Below, in pieces: positions 21,118 through 31,787 of a DNA stretch of 64,000 nt; positions within the stretch are counted from its first letter, which is position 1; each line of letters opens with the position of its first letter. A program made the translations under genes and the position numbers. Source of the DNA: an uncultured bacterium (GTDB taxonomy: Bacteria > Omnitrophota > Gorgyraeia > Duberdicusellales > CBEUCJ01); NCBI GenBank assembly GCA_965541615.1, contig CBEUCJ010000002.1, positions 223,795-287,794 of the forward strand. Reading direction: 5' to 3'. The notes under the pieces were generated by a model. That model did not search any database. It was not told where the DNA came from and saw only the letters and a program-made list of their open reading frames with translations.

Positions 21118-22839
21118 TTAACTCTTTATTCTTTTCTGTCTCCATTCTTTTATCTTCTCCCAAGACCAACAGTTTATAACATTTTCTTTGGTAGCCCATG
21201 CTCTTCTTGCTACACTTACTCCTAATTCTAAAAAATGGATTTGATCTAAAATATGAGCATCTGTCCCTAAAGATAATAAGACTCCTGATTCAACGGCTTT
21301 CTTAGCATTTATATCATTTAGATCTAATCTTTGAGGAAAACAATTTATCTCTAAAGCGGTCTGTGTTTGGAGACAAACTTTTATTATCTCTTCCAAATCT
21401 ATCTCATAACCTTCCCTTTGTCCCCATAACCTGCCTGTAGGATGAGCTATGATGTCTACATATTTATTTTTGCAAGCCTTTATTATCCTTTGGGTTAGCT
21501 GAGATTTAGACTGCTTAAAACCTGTATGGATTGCAGCTATTACTAAATCTAATTTTTCTAAAATCTCTTGAGGGTAATCTAAAGAACCATCATTTAAAAT
21601 ATCTACCTCAGCTCCACATAATACTTTAAAATCTTTGTATTCTGAGTTTATCTTTTTAACCTCTTCTATTTTCTTCAATAGATTTTCGATTGAAACTCCT
21701 CCTGCTACTTTCAAACTTTGAGAATGATCACAGATAGCTACATACTCAAAACCTAATTTCCTGCAGAAATCAGCTATCTCTCTTATGGTATAACCTCCAT
21801 CTGAATATTTTGAATGGACATGCAAATCTCCTTTTACATCTTCAAAACTTATGACTTTTGGAAGACTTTTATTTAAAGCTAACTCTATTTCTCCCTGATC
21901 TTCTCTTAACTCAGGTAATATATATTCCATACCAAAGAAATCAAAGATTTCTTCTTCTGTAGCTCCACACACTCTTTTTTCTCCTTTAAAAACACCATAT
22001 TCATTTACTTTGTATCCACTTTTTAAAGCTAACTGTCTAAATTTAATGTTAAAAGCTTTTGAACCTGTAAAGTACATTAAAGCTGAACCAAAACATTCAG
22101 GATCTACTACTCTTAAATCTACTTGTATGTCTTCATCTGTCAAAACAGAAGATTTGGTAGTTCCTTTTGCCAAGATTTCTTTTACTTTTTTAAAATTTAC
22201 AAATTCTTCTGAAACTTTAAGGGGGTCTGAAGTAACTACTAAAATATCTATGTCTTTTATAGTATCTTTTCTTCTTCTGACAGAACCTGCTTCACTTATC
22301 TTTTTAACTATACTAAAACTTTTCAGATAATCTATAAAGCTTGAGGCGATTTCTAAAGCTTTATATAAAGGCATTCTCTCTTTTCCTTTTTTTATTAACT
22401 CTATCCCTTTTAGTATATTTTCTATGGTTTTTTCTCTTATTCCTGGTAAACCATAAAGTTTTCCAGATTTAGCAAATTCTTCTAACTTTTCTATGCTATC
22501 TATATTTAACTTTTCATATAAAAGCTTTGCTGTTTTTGGACCTACTGAAGGTATCTCTAAAATCTTTAAAAGTCCTGGAGGTGTGCTTTTCTTTAACTCT
22601 TCATAATATTTTAAAGTACCTGTCTCTAAGATTTCTTTTATTTTAAGAGCCAAATCCTGACCTATTCCTGGAATAGAAGTTAATTTACCAGTCTTTGCCA
22701 ACTCTTTTAAATCTTGTGTTAGGTTTTCTATATTTTGTGCAGCTTTCTCATAAGCTCTTATTCTAAAAGGATTCTCATCCTTTACTGATAAAATCTGAGC
22801 TATTTCTCTAAAGATTTTAGCTATCTGTTGATTGGTCAT
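21118..22839 (-). CDS. polX: DNA polymerase X family protein with C-terminal PHP phosphoesterase domain
   Basis: 573 aa. HhH N-terminus (IRAYEKAAQNIENL), Pol-beta palm, PHP motif DLHVHSKYSDG. Confidence 0.85.
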   Translation of the reverse strand: MTNQQIAKIFREIAQILSVKDENPFRIRAYEKAAQNIENLTQDLKELAKTGKLTSIPGIGQDLALKIKEILETGTLKYYEELKKSTPPGLLKILEIPSVGPKTAKLLYEKLNIDSIEKLEEFAKSGKLYGLPGIREKTIENILKGIELIKKGKERMPLYKALEIASSFIDYLKSFSIVKKISEAGSVRRRKDTIKDIDILVVTSDPLKVSEEFVNFKKVKEILAKGTTKSSVLTDEDIQVDLRVVDPECFGSALMYFTGSKAFNIKFRQLALKSGYKVNEYGVFKGEKRVCGATEEEIFDFFGMEYILPELREDQGEIELALNKSLPKVISFEDVKGDLHVHSKYSDGGYTIREIADFCRKLGFEYVAICDHSQSLKVAGGVSIENLLKKIEEVKKINSEYKDFKVLCGAEVDILNDGSLDYPQEILEKLDLVIAAIHTGFKQSKSQLTQRIIKACKNKYVDIIAHPTGRLWGQREGYEIDLEEIIKVCLQTQTALEINCFPQRLDLNDINAKKAVESGVLLSLGTDAHILDQIHFLELGVSVARRAWATKENVINCWSWEKIKEWRQKRIKS

Positions 22840-23263
22840 TTTCTAAAGGATATTTAGCTACTACTCTTGTTTTAATCCCTCCTCTTATATTAAATATTCC
22901 TTCTACTTCTAATTTTTTGGGTTTCAATACTTTCACCAAATCTTGCATAATTTTATTTACTGCATGTTCATGAAAGATCTTTACTTGTCTGAAAGCAAAC
23001 AGATAGTATTTTAAAGATCTTAATTCAATTAAGTATTTGTTAGGAACGTATCTTATAGTTATCTGAGCGTAATCAGGTAATTCTGAAAAAGGGCATAAAC
23101 ATGTAAATTCAGAAGTCGTGTGTTCAATCTCAATAGGGTTTTCTTCATATTCATATTTTATTACTTTCAAAATACTCGTATCTATATCTTGAGGCAAAAA
23201 AGTTTTGCCCAAAGTTTTTTTTGCTTTTTTCTCTTCAGGATTTACATACCTTTTAATCTTCAT
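22817..23263 (-). CDS. queF: NADPH-dependent 7-cyano-7-deazaguanine reductase (type I)
   Basis: 148 aa. Catalytic Cys in EFTCLCP. QueF motif ELRSLKYYL. Confidence 0.8.
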   Translation of the reverse strand: MKIKRYVNPEEKKAKKTLGKTFLPQDIDTSILKVIKYEYEENPIEIEHTTSEFTCLCPFSELPDYAQITIRYVPNKYLIELRSLKYYLFAFRQVKIFHEHAVNKIMQDLVKVLKPKKLEVEGIFNIRGGIKTRVVAKYPLENDQSTDS

Positions 23264-23655
23264 ACTCTCACTAACATAGCTTGAGATTGAGCTTTTAGAA
23301 TCTTGTCTTGAAACAAGTCTGCTTCACATATAAAGTAAGATGAACTTTCTTTAATTAATCTTGCTCTCAAAATTATCTGTTTGTTGGTGTAAACTGGTTT
23401 TTTTAATTTTACAGTTATCTTAGCTGTAACACATTTTATACCTTTCTTATAAACTACTTGAGCTGAAACTTCATCTAAAAGTGTGCAGACTATACCTCCA
23501 TGGACTATATCTTTATAACCTTGGAATTTCTTATCTAAAACTATTTTAGAGACTACTTCATTATTTTCTTTCTCAAACTCCATCTTTAAACCGTGAGGGT
23601 TATTTTTCCCACAACAAAAACACCAATCGTCATCTATAAATAATTCTCTGCTCAT
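23260..23655 (-). CDS. PaaI/YbgC-type hotdog-fold thioesterase
   Basis: 131 aa. HGG motif (DIVHGGIVCTLLDE). Confidence 0.7.
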   Translation of the reverse strand: MSRELFIDDDWCFCCGKNNPHGLKMEFEKENNEVVSKIVLDKKFQGYKDIVHGGIVCTLLDEVSAQVVYKKGIKCVTAKITVKLKKPVYTNKQIILRARLIKESSSYFICEADLFQDKILKAQSQAMLVRV

Positions 23656-23695
23656 CTTGATTTATATTATCATATTAAAAAACATTTTAAAGATC

Positions 23696-24484
23696 TTAAA
23701 GATTTGAAATTTTTTTTCTAAAAATTATAAATGTTAAAAAAGAATAAAGAACTATAGAACAAAGTGAATGTAAAATTATAAAAAGTTTTAGATTCTGGTA
23801 AATCAAACTATCTGGAAAACAGGAAAAATATACCAAAGAATGAAATCTTGGAGAAAAAATATAAAAGATAAAAAAACTCATTTTAAAAAATAGAGGTGCC
23901 TCTGAAAATTTTAAGGCTAAAGATTCAGTCTGAAAGCTTCCTAAGAAAATAAGGAATAAAAATATGTAACTTAAAAATTTAGGTAAGACCAGATACAAAA
24001 AAGAAAAGAAGACTGAAAACAATAAAAGAAGTATAGTTGAAAAGAAAATACTCATAAGGTTGAAATGAAAATATTTATGAAAAAAAATTATACCTGCTAA
24101 AATTCCATAGAAAACACCTGTTACACTCATTATGCAAAGAAATATTGCTATTAAGTATCCTAAGAAATAATGAGTCTTATTCAAAGGAAGACAGAGAAAA
24201 TTATATAAAGTCTTTTTATCTGTCCAAAAGGAAAGAAAACTTATAACAATTCCGAATAAAATCAAAACTGAAAATAAATCTATAAAAAAATATCCACTTC
24301 TTAAAGCTAAATTCTCAACATTTTCTATCCTAAGAAGTTTTAAATAAAATTCTTTAAAAGTATCAGAAAAGTAAAGATGTAAAGATTGTAAAAAAATGAT
24401 CCCTAAGAATATAAGAATAAAGAAAAACTTTTCTTTTGTAAGCTTTCTAATTAAAATTTTAGCTAAAAGTAGGCTCTTAAACAT
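23696..24484 (-). CDS. ABC-2 type transporter permease
   Basis: 262 aa, about 6 TM helices. Overlaps the ATPase gene by 8 nt. Confidence 0.5.
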   Translation of the reverse strand: MFKSLLLAKILIRKLTKEKFFFILIFLGIIFLQSLHLYFSDTFKEFYLKLLRIENVENLALRSGYFFIDLFSVLILFGIVISFLSFWTDKKTLYNFLCLPLNKTHYFLGYLIAIFLCIMSVTGVFYGILAGIIFFHKYFHFNLMSIFFSTILLLLFSVFFSFLYLVLPKFLSYIFLFLIFLGSFQTESLALKFSEAPLFFKMSFFIFYIFSPRFHSLVYFSCFPDSLIYQNLKLFIILHSLCSIVLYSFLTFIIFRKKISNL

Positions 24485-25163
24485 TCTCTATTTTTTCAAA
24501 AGCAGATTCTAAACTTTCAAATTCCTTTAATTCTGTTTTAGTTAACATTTTTAAGATCTTTCCTTCTTTTATAAAACAGACTCTATCACAAAGTTTTTCT
24601 ATCTCTGAGAGGATATGAGAAGAGATTATCATAGTAGTTTGTTTAAATCTCTCTTCTAAAATTCTTAAGACTTTTTTTCTGGTAGGTAGATCCAAAAAGA
24701 CCGTAGGTTCATCCCATATAAGAAGTTTATTTTTACCTAACAAAGAAACTATAATCTGAATTAGCCTTTTCTGACCTTGAGAAAGATCACCTAAAGGTTT
24801 ATTTAAAATAGGTTTTAAACAGAATTCTTCAATAAAAAAATCCAAATCAGAATCTGCTCTTTTAATCTTAGAATAAAAATTTAAAGCTTCCTTAACTTTA
24901 AGAAAACCAGGTATACAAAATTCTTCAGGTAAAAATCCTATATATTCTTTAATCTTAGGATCTTGAGGCGCTGAACCTAAAACTTCAACTTTGCCATCAT
25001 CAAATTGAGTTAAACCTAAAATTATCTTTAAAGTGGTAGTTTTTCCTGCTCCATTAGGTCCTAAGATTCCAAAAATTTCAGATTCTTTTATCTCTAAATC
25101 GATTCCTTTTAAAACTTCTATTTTTTTATAACTTTTTCTTAAATTCTCAATCTTTAATATCAT
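24477..25163 (-). CDS. ABC transporter ATP-binding protein
   Basis: Walker A GPNGAGKTT, signature LSQGQKRL, Walker B LIWDEPT. Confidence 0.85.
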   Translation of the reverse strand: MILKIENLRKSYKKIEVLKGIDLEIKESEIFGILGPNGAGKTTTLKIILGLTQFDDGKVEVLGSAPQDPKIKEYIGFLPEEFCIPGFLKVKEALNFYSKIKRADSDLDFFIEEFCLKPILNKPLGDLSQGQKRLIQIIVSLLGKNKLLIWDEPTVFLDLPTRKKVLRILEERFKQTTMIISSHILSEIEKLCDRVCFIKEGKILKMLTKTELKEFESLESAFEKIENV

Positions 25164-25891
25164 AAAAAATTCAAAGTATTTAAAGGTTTTTCCAAATGGT
25201 ATAATAAGAAACTATCTATTATTTCTTTCAATACACTTCTCATTTGAGGACTTAATTTAATATTTAAAGATTTTAACAGACTTTGTTTATGCCAATATAA
25301 AAGAGTGTTAACTACTCCTTGTTCAATCTTTCTTGCTGTAAATATTTTCCTGGCACAATTCTCACACACTAAACCCCCTTTTTCTATACTCAAAAATGCC
25401 TTTTTACTAATAGAATTCTGACATACTAAGCAGTCTGTTAAATGGGGTTTTATTCCTACATACTCAAATAATTTTAACAAAAAAATGAATCTTAATTTTT
25501 CCTTGTCTTTAACATTTAAATTTTCTAATGCCCAATTGAGCAAATAAAAAATTTTCTTGTTCTCATCTTCTAAATTTAAAAAATTATTGATAACTTCTGC
25601 AAAAAAACAAGCATAATAAAAGTTGCTTATACTTTCAAAAACAGGAAAGACTTTTATTAAAAATATCTGTGAGATTAAATTAAGTTCTGATGAAGCAGAA
25701 TAAAAGACAATTTCATTTAAAGACCCTATTAAACAACTAGAATTATACTTTAATGGTTCTTTTCTAACAGCTTTTAAAATTCCTTTTATCTTTCCAAAAT
25801 CTAAAGTAAAGAACAAAATAATCCGAGAACTGGTTCTAAAATCCTGAGAAGAAAGAATAAAAGCTTTAGTTTTAAAGATACCCCTTTTCAT
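25160..25891 (-). CDS. recO: DNA repair protein RecO
   Basis: 243 aa. C-terminal zinc finger CLVCQ...CENCARK. Sits in the conserved phoH-pgpH-ybeY-recO block. Confidence 0.75.
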   Translation of the reverse strand: MKRGIFKTKAFILSSQDFRTSSRIILFFTLDFGKIKGILKAVRKEPLKYNSSCLIGSLNEIVFYSASSELNLISQIFLIKVFPVFESISNFYYACFFAEVINNFLNLEDENKKIFYLLNWALENLNVKDKEKLRFIFLLKLFEYVGIKPHLTDCLVCQNSISKKAFLSIEKGGLVCENCARKIFTARKIEQGVVNTLLYWHKQSLLKSLNIKLSPQMRSVLKEIIDSFLLYHLEKPLNTLNFL

Positions 25892-26318
25892 CTAAGAGAT
25901 TTAATATTTCTGCTTCTCTCTTTCTCATTTTTTCTGCATCTTTCTTATTATAATCTTTAAACCCTTTTAAGTGAAGTAAGCCATGGATTATATAAAGAGT
26001 TAATTCTTTTAGAAAAGTACTTTTAAATCTCTTTGAATTTACCTTAGCTCTCTCTACAGATATTAAAATGTCTCCTAAATATCTTTTTGAATCTGATTTA
26101 AAACTGAGTACATCTGTAGTTGAATTTTTATTTAAAAATTCTTTGTTGTATTTTCTTATTTGAGCATCATCTAAAAAAACTATACTTATTCCTTTCTTTA
26201 TACCCATAATCTTTAAAACAAACTCAGTTATCTTAATTATTTTTTTGGTGGGTACTTGTATTTTTCTTTGATTGTTGAGAAGATTTATCTGGAACATCTT
26301 GTGTCTTTGGGTATTCAA
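25872..26318 (-). CDS. ybeY: rRNA maturation endoribonuclease YbeY
   Basis: HGLLHLKGFKDY metal-binding motif (H3xH5xH). The start is probably the internal MFQINLL. Overlaps the pgpH 3' end. Confidence 0.85.
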   Translation of the reverse strand: MNTQRHKMFQINLLNNQRKIQVPTKKIIKITEFVLKIMGIKKGISIVFLDDAQIRKYNKEFLNKNSTTDVLSFKSDSKRYLGDILISVERAKVNSKRFKSTFLKELTLYIIHGLLHLKGFKDYNKKDAEKMRKREAEILNLLDEKGYL

Positions 26319-27651
26319 TACGAGCGTGGAAAAGGGCTGTTAGAAGTCTTATAAATACTTCTTCTATTTTCTCTAATTCTTTCAAACTTAAACCTGATTC
26401 ATCTAACTGTCCGTCCTCTAATTTAACTCTTATTATTTCTTTTACAAGTTCTCTTATTCTGGAAGGTGTGGGCTCCTCTAAAACTCTGGAAGCAGCTTCT
26501 ATTGAATCAGCAAGTAAGACGATAGCTGTCTCTTTTGTTTGAGGCTTAGGACCTGGATATCTAAACTCATCTTTCATTTTTTCTTTTTCTTTTTCTGTTA
26601 GATCTTTTGTTGCTTGATGATAAAAATAACTAATTAAAGAAGTTCCATGGTGTTGAGATATAAAGTCTATTACAGGTTGAGGAAGTCTGTATTTTTTTGC
26701 TAATTCTACACCTTCTTTTACATGGTTTATTATCACAAGTTTGCTCATAGTAGGTGTTAAAGCTTTATGTCTGTCTTTTCTGTAAAGTTGATTTTCTACA
26801 AAATATTCAGCTTTGGAAATCTTTCCTATATCATGAAAGTAAGCTCCCACCCTTGCCAAAAGAGAATTAGCTCCTATACTTTCAGCTGCACTTTCAGCTA
26901 AATTTGCTACGATAAGACTATGTAAATAAGTGCCAGGAGCTTCTAAATTCAGCTTTTTTAATAAAGGATGGTTTGTATCTGAAAGCTCTAACAGTCTTAT
27001 ATTTGTAACTACTCCAAAGAAATTTTCAAGTAAAGGTAAAACTCCTAATACAAATATAAAAGAAAATATACTATTTCCTAAATCAGAGAGTATGCATTTT
27101 TTTAAGATCTCTAGATTTCTGACATCAAGAGAGTTTAAAGAACTATTCAATAAAATCTGTAAAACTCCTGCAACTAAGGCAGCTTTTATTATCTGGGGTC
27201 TCTTTTTCTGTTTGTATAATAAAATTAAACACAAAAGACTTGGAATGAATAATATAAGTACCTGATTTAAGCTATTTACTAATAAACCTACGAACATTGA
27301 GAGTAAAAGATTAATAAAGATAGCTACCTCATAATTGCCAAATAACAAATAAGAAAGCATCCCAAAACTCATTATTGGAACACTACTGTAAAAAAGAGAA
27401 AATTTTGGCAGAACAAAGTTTATTATGAGAAAACTTACTGCAAACCCCAAATTGAGAAGAAATAGTTGAGACAAAGCTTCTTTAAATTTTAAAGGATTCA
27501 GATTAAGATATGAAAAGTAAATTCCCCACAAAAAGATTAGCAGAGCATATAAAGGAGTGATCTTTAAAGATAGAAAGAATAATGACTGTAAAAGGATTAT
27601 AAAAAGAAAGATTAAATTTTCAGTTCTTCTTTCTTTTTTCATAGGCTTCAA
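26233..27651 (-). CDS. pgpH: 7TM-HD hydrolase (PgpH/YqfF-like c-di-AMP phosphodiesterase family)
   Basis: 472 aa. Seven TM helices, then an HD domain (HSLIVANLAE...AYFHDIGK). Low-complexity C-terminal tail. Confidence 0.75.
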   Translation of the reverse strand: MKPMKKERRTENLIFLFIILLQSLFFLSLKITPLYALLIFLWGIYFSYLNLNPLKFKEALSQLFLLNLGFAVSFLIINFVLPKFSLFYSSVPIMSFGMLSYLLFGNYEVAIFINLLLSMFVGLLVNSLNQVLILFIPSLLCLILLYKQKKRPQIIKAALVAGVLQILLNSSLNSLDVRNLEILKKCILSDLGNSIFSFIFVLGVLPLLENFFGVVTNIRLLELSDTNHPLLKKLNLEAPGTYLHSLIVANLAESAAESIGANSLLARVGAYFHDIGKISKAEYFVENQLYRKDRHKALTPTMSKLVIINHVKEGVELAKKYRLPQPVIDFISQHHGTSLISYFYHQATKDLTEKEKEKMKDEFRYPGPKPQTKETAIVLLADSIEAASRVLEEPTPSRIRELVKEIIRVKLEDGQLDESGLSLKELEKIEEVFIRLLTALFHARIEYPKTQDVPDKSSQQSKKNTSTHQKNN

Positions 27652-28573
27652 TTATTTCTTGGACTAAAGAATGTCTTACTACATCTTCACCTGTCAAATA
27701 TACAAATTTTATACCTTTAATATCTTTTAAGACCTCTATAGCTTCTATTAAACCTTGAGGTCTACCTCCTGGTAAATCTGACTGAGTAAGATCTCCTGTT
27801 ATAACTGCTTTTGAACCAAAGCCCAATCTTGTTAAGAACATCTTCATCTGTTCAGAAGTACAATTTTGAGCTTCATCTAAAATTATAAAAGCATCGTTTA
27901 GAGTTCTACCTCTCATATAAGCTAAAGGAGCTACTTCTATTACTCCGGTTTCTGTATACTCTTCTATTCTCTCTGGTTCCATCATCTCATACAGAGCATC
28001 ATAAAGAGGTCTTAAATAGGGACTTAGTTTTTCAGTTACATCTCCTGGTAAAAACCCTAAAGATTCTCCAGCTTCTTTTGCAGGTCTTACAAGAATTATC
28101 CTTGAAACCTTATTTTTCATTAAAAAAGAAACTGCACACCCCATAGCTAAATAAGTCTTACCAGTTCCAGCAGGCCCCAAAGAAAATACAATATCATAAT
28201 CGTATATTGCTTTTACATATTCTAATTGTCCTTTGGTCTTAGGAGTTATAAATTTCTTTCTTGAAAAGACTTCTATTCTGTAATCTTTTAATTCTTGAAA
28301 GAATTCGTTATTTGATGTTGAGAATCTTAGAAAATGAAGAACATCTGATTTTTTTATTGGTAAGTTTTTTTCTGCAAAAAAATGCATTTCCTTTAACACA
28401 TTAATTGCTTTATCTATATCTTTAGCAGAATCTCCTTTAATTATAAGATGGTCTGATTTTAAAAATATTTTTACTTTTAAAGTTTCTTCTATCATTTTTA
28501 TGTATTGATCTTGAGGACCGAATATAGCTTTTAAATGCTTTAGATTCTGCAAAGGAAATATTTTCTCTTGCAT
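27620..28573 (-). CDS. phoH: PhoH-like ATPase
   Basis: 317 aa. GPAGTGKTYLAM Walker A, DEAQN. Confidence 0.9.
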   Translation of the reverse strand: MQEKIFPLQNLKHLKAIFGPQDQYIKMIEETLKVKIFLKSDHLIIKGDSAKDIDKAINVLKEMHFFAEKNLPIKKSDVLHFLRFSTSNNEFFQELKDYRIEVFSRKKFITPKTKGQLEYVKAIYDYDIVFSLGPAGTGKTYLAMGCAVSFLMKNKVSRIILVRPAKEAGESLGFLPGDVTEKLSPYLRPLYDALYEMMEPERIEEYTETGVIEVAPLAYMRGRTLNDAFIILDEAQNCTSEQMKMFLTRLGFGSKAVITGDLTQSDLPGGRPQGLIEAIEVLKDIKGIKFVYLTGEDVVRHSLVQEIIEAYEKRKKN

Positions 28574-29118
28574 TACTTAGGAATTTTCAGAATGAGTCCT
28601 TCTTTAATAAAATCTGGATCTTTTATCTTATCTTTATTGGCTTCAAAAATCTTTTTCCATTTTTTATGAGTTCCATAGAACTTATAGGAAATCTTTTGTA
28701 AAGTATCTCCTTTTTGAACTTTGTAAGTTATGAATTCCTCTTGTGGAATTTGGGGTTCTTTAATTTCCTCAGACTCAGTTAACTCAGTTAAAGGTTCTTC
28801 TTCAACGACCACTGTTTCTGTCTCTTTTTCTGAAACAGGTTCCTCTATCTTTTGAGAAATATATTCTTGTGATTTTGGCTCTAAACTTTTAGAAGGAGTT
28901 TCTTCTAACTCTACTACTTTTGATGGACCAAATTCTATCTCCAAAACAGTAATAGTCCTAGTCTTTTTTTTAGGTAAAGGTTTTTCTGGAGGTGGAGTCC
29001 CTACTATATAGCCCCTATTTCCTTTAATCTCTAAGTCTGAACGTGGTTTTTGAATATTATATACCCTTGCTACACACCCTATTAAAAACAAGATTAAAGA
29101 TAAATAAAGTATCTTCAT
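28573..29118 (-). CDS. LysM-domain lipoprotein with acidic low-complexity linker
   Basis: Lipobox LILFLIGC. C-terminal LysM YKVQKGDTLQKISYKFYG...ILKIP. Confidence 0.65.
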   Translation of the reverse strand: MKILYLSLILFLIGCVARVYNIQKPRSDLEIKGNRGYIVGTPPPEKPLPKKKTRTITVLEIEFGPSKVVELEETPSKSLEPKSQEYISQKIEEPVSEKETETVVVEEEPLTELTESEEIKEPQIPQEEFITYKVQKGDTLQKISYKFYGTHKKWKKIFEANKDKIKDPDFIKEGLILKIPK

Positions 29119-29122
29119 TGTT

Positions 29123-30508
29123 TTACCCCCTTTCTTCTATTTTAATCCCTAACTCCTTTAACTGAAAATCTTCTACTTCTGAAGGAGCATAAGTTAAAGG
29201 GCAAATTCCTTTCTGTGTCTTGGGAAAAGCTATTACTTCTCTGATGCTTTCTTCTTTACATAATATAGCACAAAATCTGTCTAATCCTAAAGCTATACCT
29301 GCATGAGGAGGGGCTCCAAATTTTAAAGCTCTTAATAAAAATCCAAATTTTTTTTCAGCTTCTTCTTTGCTTATATTTAATATTTCAAAGATCTTTTTTT
29401 GAAGTTGAGGAGTATGAATTCTTACAGAACCCGAAGCAATTTCAGCTCCATTTAATACTAAATCATAAGAACGTGCCTTTACTTTTTCTAATTCTCCTTT
29501 TTCTAAAAATTCAATAGTAGAAGGGTGTGGAGCTGTGAAGGGATGGTGTTCTGAGACCCATCTTTTTTCATCTTCGTCATATTTAAAAAGAGGAAAATCA
29601 GTAATCCACACAAAAGAAAATTCATCTTCATTTTTTCTTAAATCTGGTTTATCAGTATTGTACTTTTTCATACATTCTTCATAACTCAATCTCATAAAAG
29701 GGATCTTTATCTCTTTATTCAAAAGCTCTTTAAAAATTCTACTCATCAACTCTTCCATTAAAGAAAAAATATCTTCTTCTTCTGCAAAACTCATCTCTAT
29801 ATCTAATTGAATAAATTCAGGCTGTCTATCCTTTCTTAAGTCTTCATCTCTGAAGCACCTTACTATCTGATAATATCTATCAAAACCTGAAACCATTAAA
29901 ATTTGTTTAAATAGCTGAGGAGATTGAGGGAGGGCATAAAACTTTCCTAAATTTAATCTGGAAGGGACTAAAAAATCTCTTGCCCCTTCCGGAGTAGACT
30001 TAGTTAAAAAAGGAGTCTCTATCTCTATAAATCCTTTTTCATCAAAAAATCTATGTAAAACTTTATTTAATTTATGTCTAAATATAAGATTTCTTTGCAT
30101 CTTTGGAGTCCTTAAATCTAAAAATCTGTACTTTAATCTCAATTCTTCAGAGATATCTGTAGAATTATCTATTTCAAATGGTAAATTCTCACATTTATTT
30201 AAAATCTCAATATGCTTGGCTTCTACTTCTATTAGTCCTGTCTTTATTTTAGGGTTTTCTGTTTTAGGAGGTCTTTTACGAACTATTCCTTCTACCAAAA
30301 TTACAAACTCATTTCTTATCTCTTTAAGTTTCTCATAAGCAGATTTATTATGGGGGAGGACTACGATTTGAGTTATTCCATATCTATCTCTTAAATCTAA
30401 AAACACAATCTTACCATGGTCTCTTCTCCTATAGACCCATCCACATAGCTTTACATTTTTCTCTACATCACTTAAGCCTAACTCTCCACAAGTATGTGTT
30501 CTCAACAT
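29123..30508 (-). CDS. aspS: Aspartate--tRNA ligase (compact form lacking the bacterial GAD insertion domain)
   Basis: 461 aa. N-terminus [11 protein letters not shown]...[20 protein letters not shown], class II motifs, motif 3 GLDRFCAIL. Confidence 0.85.
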   Translation of the reverse strand: MLRTHTCGELGLSDVEKNVKLCGWVYRRRDHGKIVFLDLRDRYGITQIVVLPHNKSAYEKLKEIRNEFVILVEGIVRKRPPKTENPKIKTGLIEVEAKHIEILNKCENLPFEIDNSTDISEELRLKYRFLDLRTPKMQRNLIFRHKLNKVLHRFFDEKGFIEIETPFLTKSTPEGARDFLVPSRLNLGKFYALPQSPQLFKQILMVSGFDRYYQIVRCFRDEDLRKDRQPEFIQLDIEMSFAEEEDIFSLMEELMSRIFKELLNKEIKIPFMRLSYEECMKKYNTDKPDLRKNEDEFSFVWITDFPLFKYDEDEKRWVSEHHPFTAPHPSTIEFLEKGELEKVKARSYDLVLNGAEIASGSVRIHTPQLQKKIFEILNISKEEAEKKFGFLLRALKFGAPPHAGIALGLDRFCAILCKEESIREVIAFPKTQKGICPLTYAPSEVEDFQLKELGIKIEERG

Positions 30509-31758
30509 TTTTCGTTTTTTTCTTTTAAAAACTTTATTAAATCTTTTTCACTTATCTTAAATTCTTTGCCTGTCTTCATCTCCTTTACAGTAAAAAAATT
30601 CTTTTCTATTTCTTCTTTACCTATCAAAATGCAAAACTTAGCTTGCAAAGAATTAGCTCTTCTCATCTGAGATTTTAAAGATTTATTTTGAAAATCTGTT
30701 TCAGTTTTAAAACCTGCTTCCCTTAATTTATACACTAACTCAAAACTTTTCTCTAAAAAATCTTCATTTAAACTCACAACAAATACATCTAAAGTTTGTA
30801 TCTTTTCTTCTTTTTTCAAAAGAAGCATACGCTCAACACCTAAAGCGAATCCCACACAAGGAGTAGAAACTCCTCCTAACTCAGCTACCAAGTTATTGTA
30901 TCTGCCACCCCCTCCAAAAGCATTTTGAGCTCCAAGTTCTGGGCTTATAAACTCAAATACAGTCTGAGTGTAATAATCTAATCCTCTTACTAAAAAATTG
31001 TCTTCTTCAAATTCTACTTGGAATCTTTTTAACAGAAACTTCAATCTTTCAAAGTGTTCTAAACAACTCTTACACAAAATTTTTTCTTTTTTTAAAACGA
31101 GCATCTTTTTAATTCTTTGACATCCTTCTTGCTTACAATCTAAAATCCTTAAAACATTTTTTTCAAATCTTCTTTTACAATTTTCACATAAATCTTCTTT
31201 GAAAGGCTCAAAAGCTTCTTTTAAAATCTTAATAAATCTTTTTTTATCTTCTAAACAGCCCAAAGAATTCAAAATGAGTTTATAATCTTTAATACCGAAT
31301 TCTTTGATTATCTCAAGAGCACATTTTATGATCTCTAAATCTGAATAAGGAGAACTGCTTCCTATGATTTCTGCTCCTATATGGTGAAATTGCCTTAATC
31401 TTCCTTTTTGAGGACGCTCTCCTCTAAACATTGGACCTATATAAAAAAATTTGCAAAAATTATATTTCTTGTCTAAAGAATTCTCTAAATAAGCTCTTAT
31501 TACACCGGCAGTACCTTCAGGTCTCAATACATAAATGTTATCATGATGCTTTACCTCTAAAAGTTGTTTTTCTATAATATCTGTGAATTCTCCCAAACTC
31601 CTTATAAATAAAGATTTATCTTCAAAAATAGGAGTTTTAATCTCTTTAAAAGAAAATCTTTCAAAGATTTTCCTAGCTATTTCTTCTAACTCTCTAAATT
31701 TTAAGATCTCAGAATCAAAAAAATCTTTTGTGCCTCTAGGAGCTGAGATTCTTTTCAT
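30502..31758 (-). CDS. hisS: Histidine--tRNA ligase
   Basis: 418 aa. [10 protein letters not shown]...[10 protein letters not shown], class IIa motifs. Confidence 0.9.
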   Translation of the reverse strand: MKRISAPRGTKDFFDSEILKFRELEEIARKIFERFSFKEIKTPIFEDKSLFIRSLGEFTDIIEKQLLEVKHHDNIYVLRPEGTAGVIRAYLENSLDKKYNFCKFFYIGPMFRGERPQKGRLRQFHHIGAEIIGSSSPYSDLEIIKCALEIIKEFGIKDYKLILNSLGCLEDKKRFIKILKEAFEPFKEDLCENCKRRFEKNVLRILDCKQEGCQRIKKMLVLKKEKILCKSCLEHFERLKFLLKRFQVEFEEDNFLVRGLDYYTQTVFEFISPELGAQNAFGGGGRYNNLVAELGGVSTPCVGFALGVERMLLLKKEEKIQTLDVFVVSLNEDFLEKSFELVYKLREAGFKTETDFQNKSLKSQMRRANSLQAKFCILIGKEEIEKNFFTVKEMKTGKEFKISEKDLIKFLKEKNEKC

Positions 31759-31787
31759 CTTATAAAAACTATTTAACAGTCTTGAAC

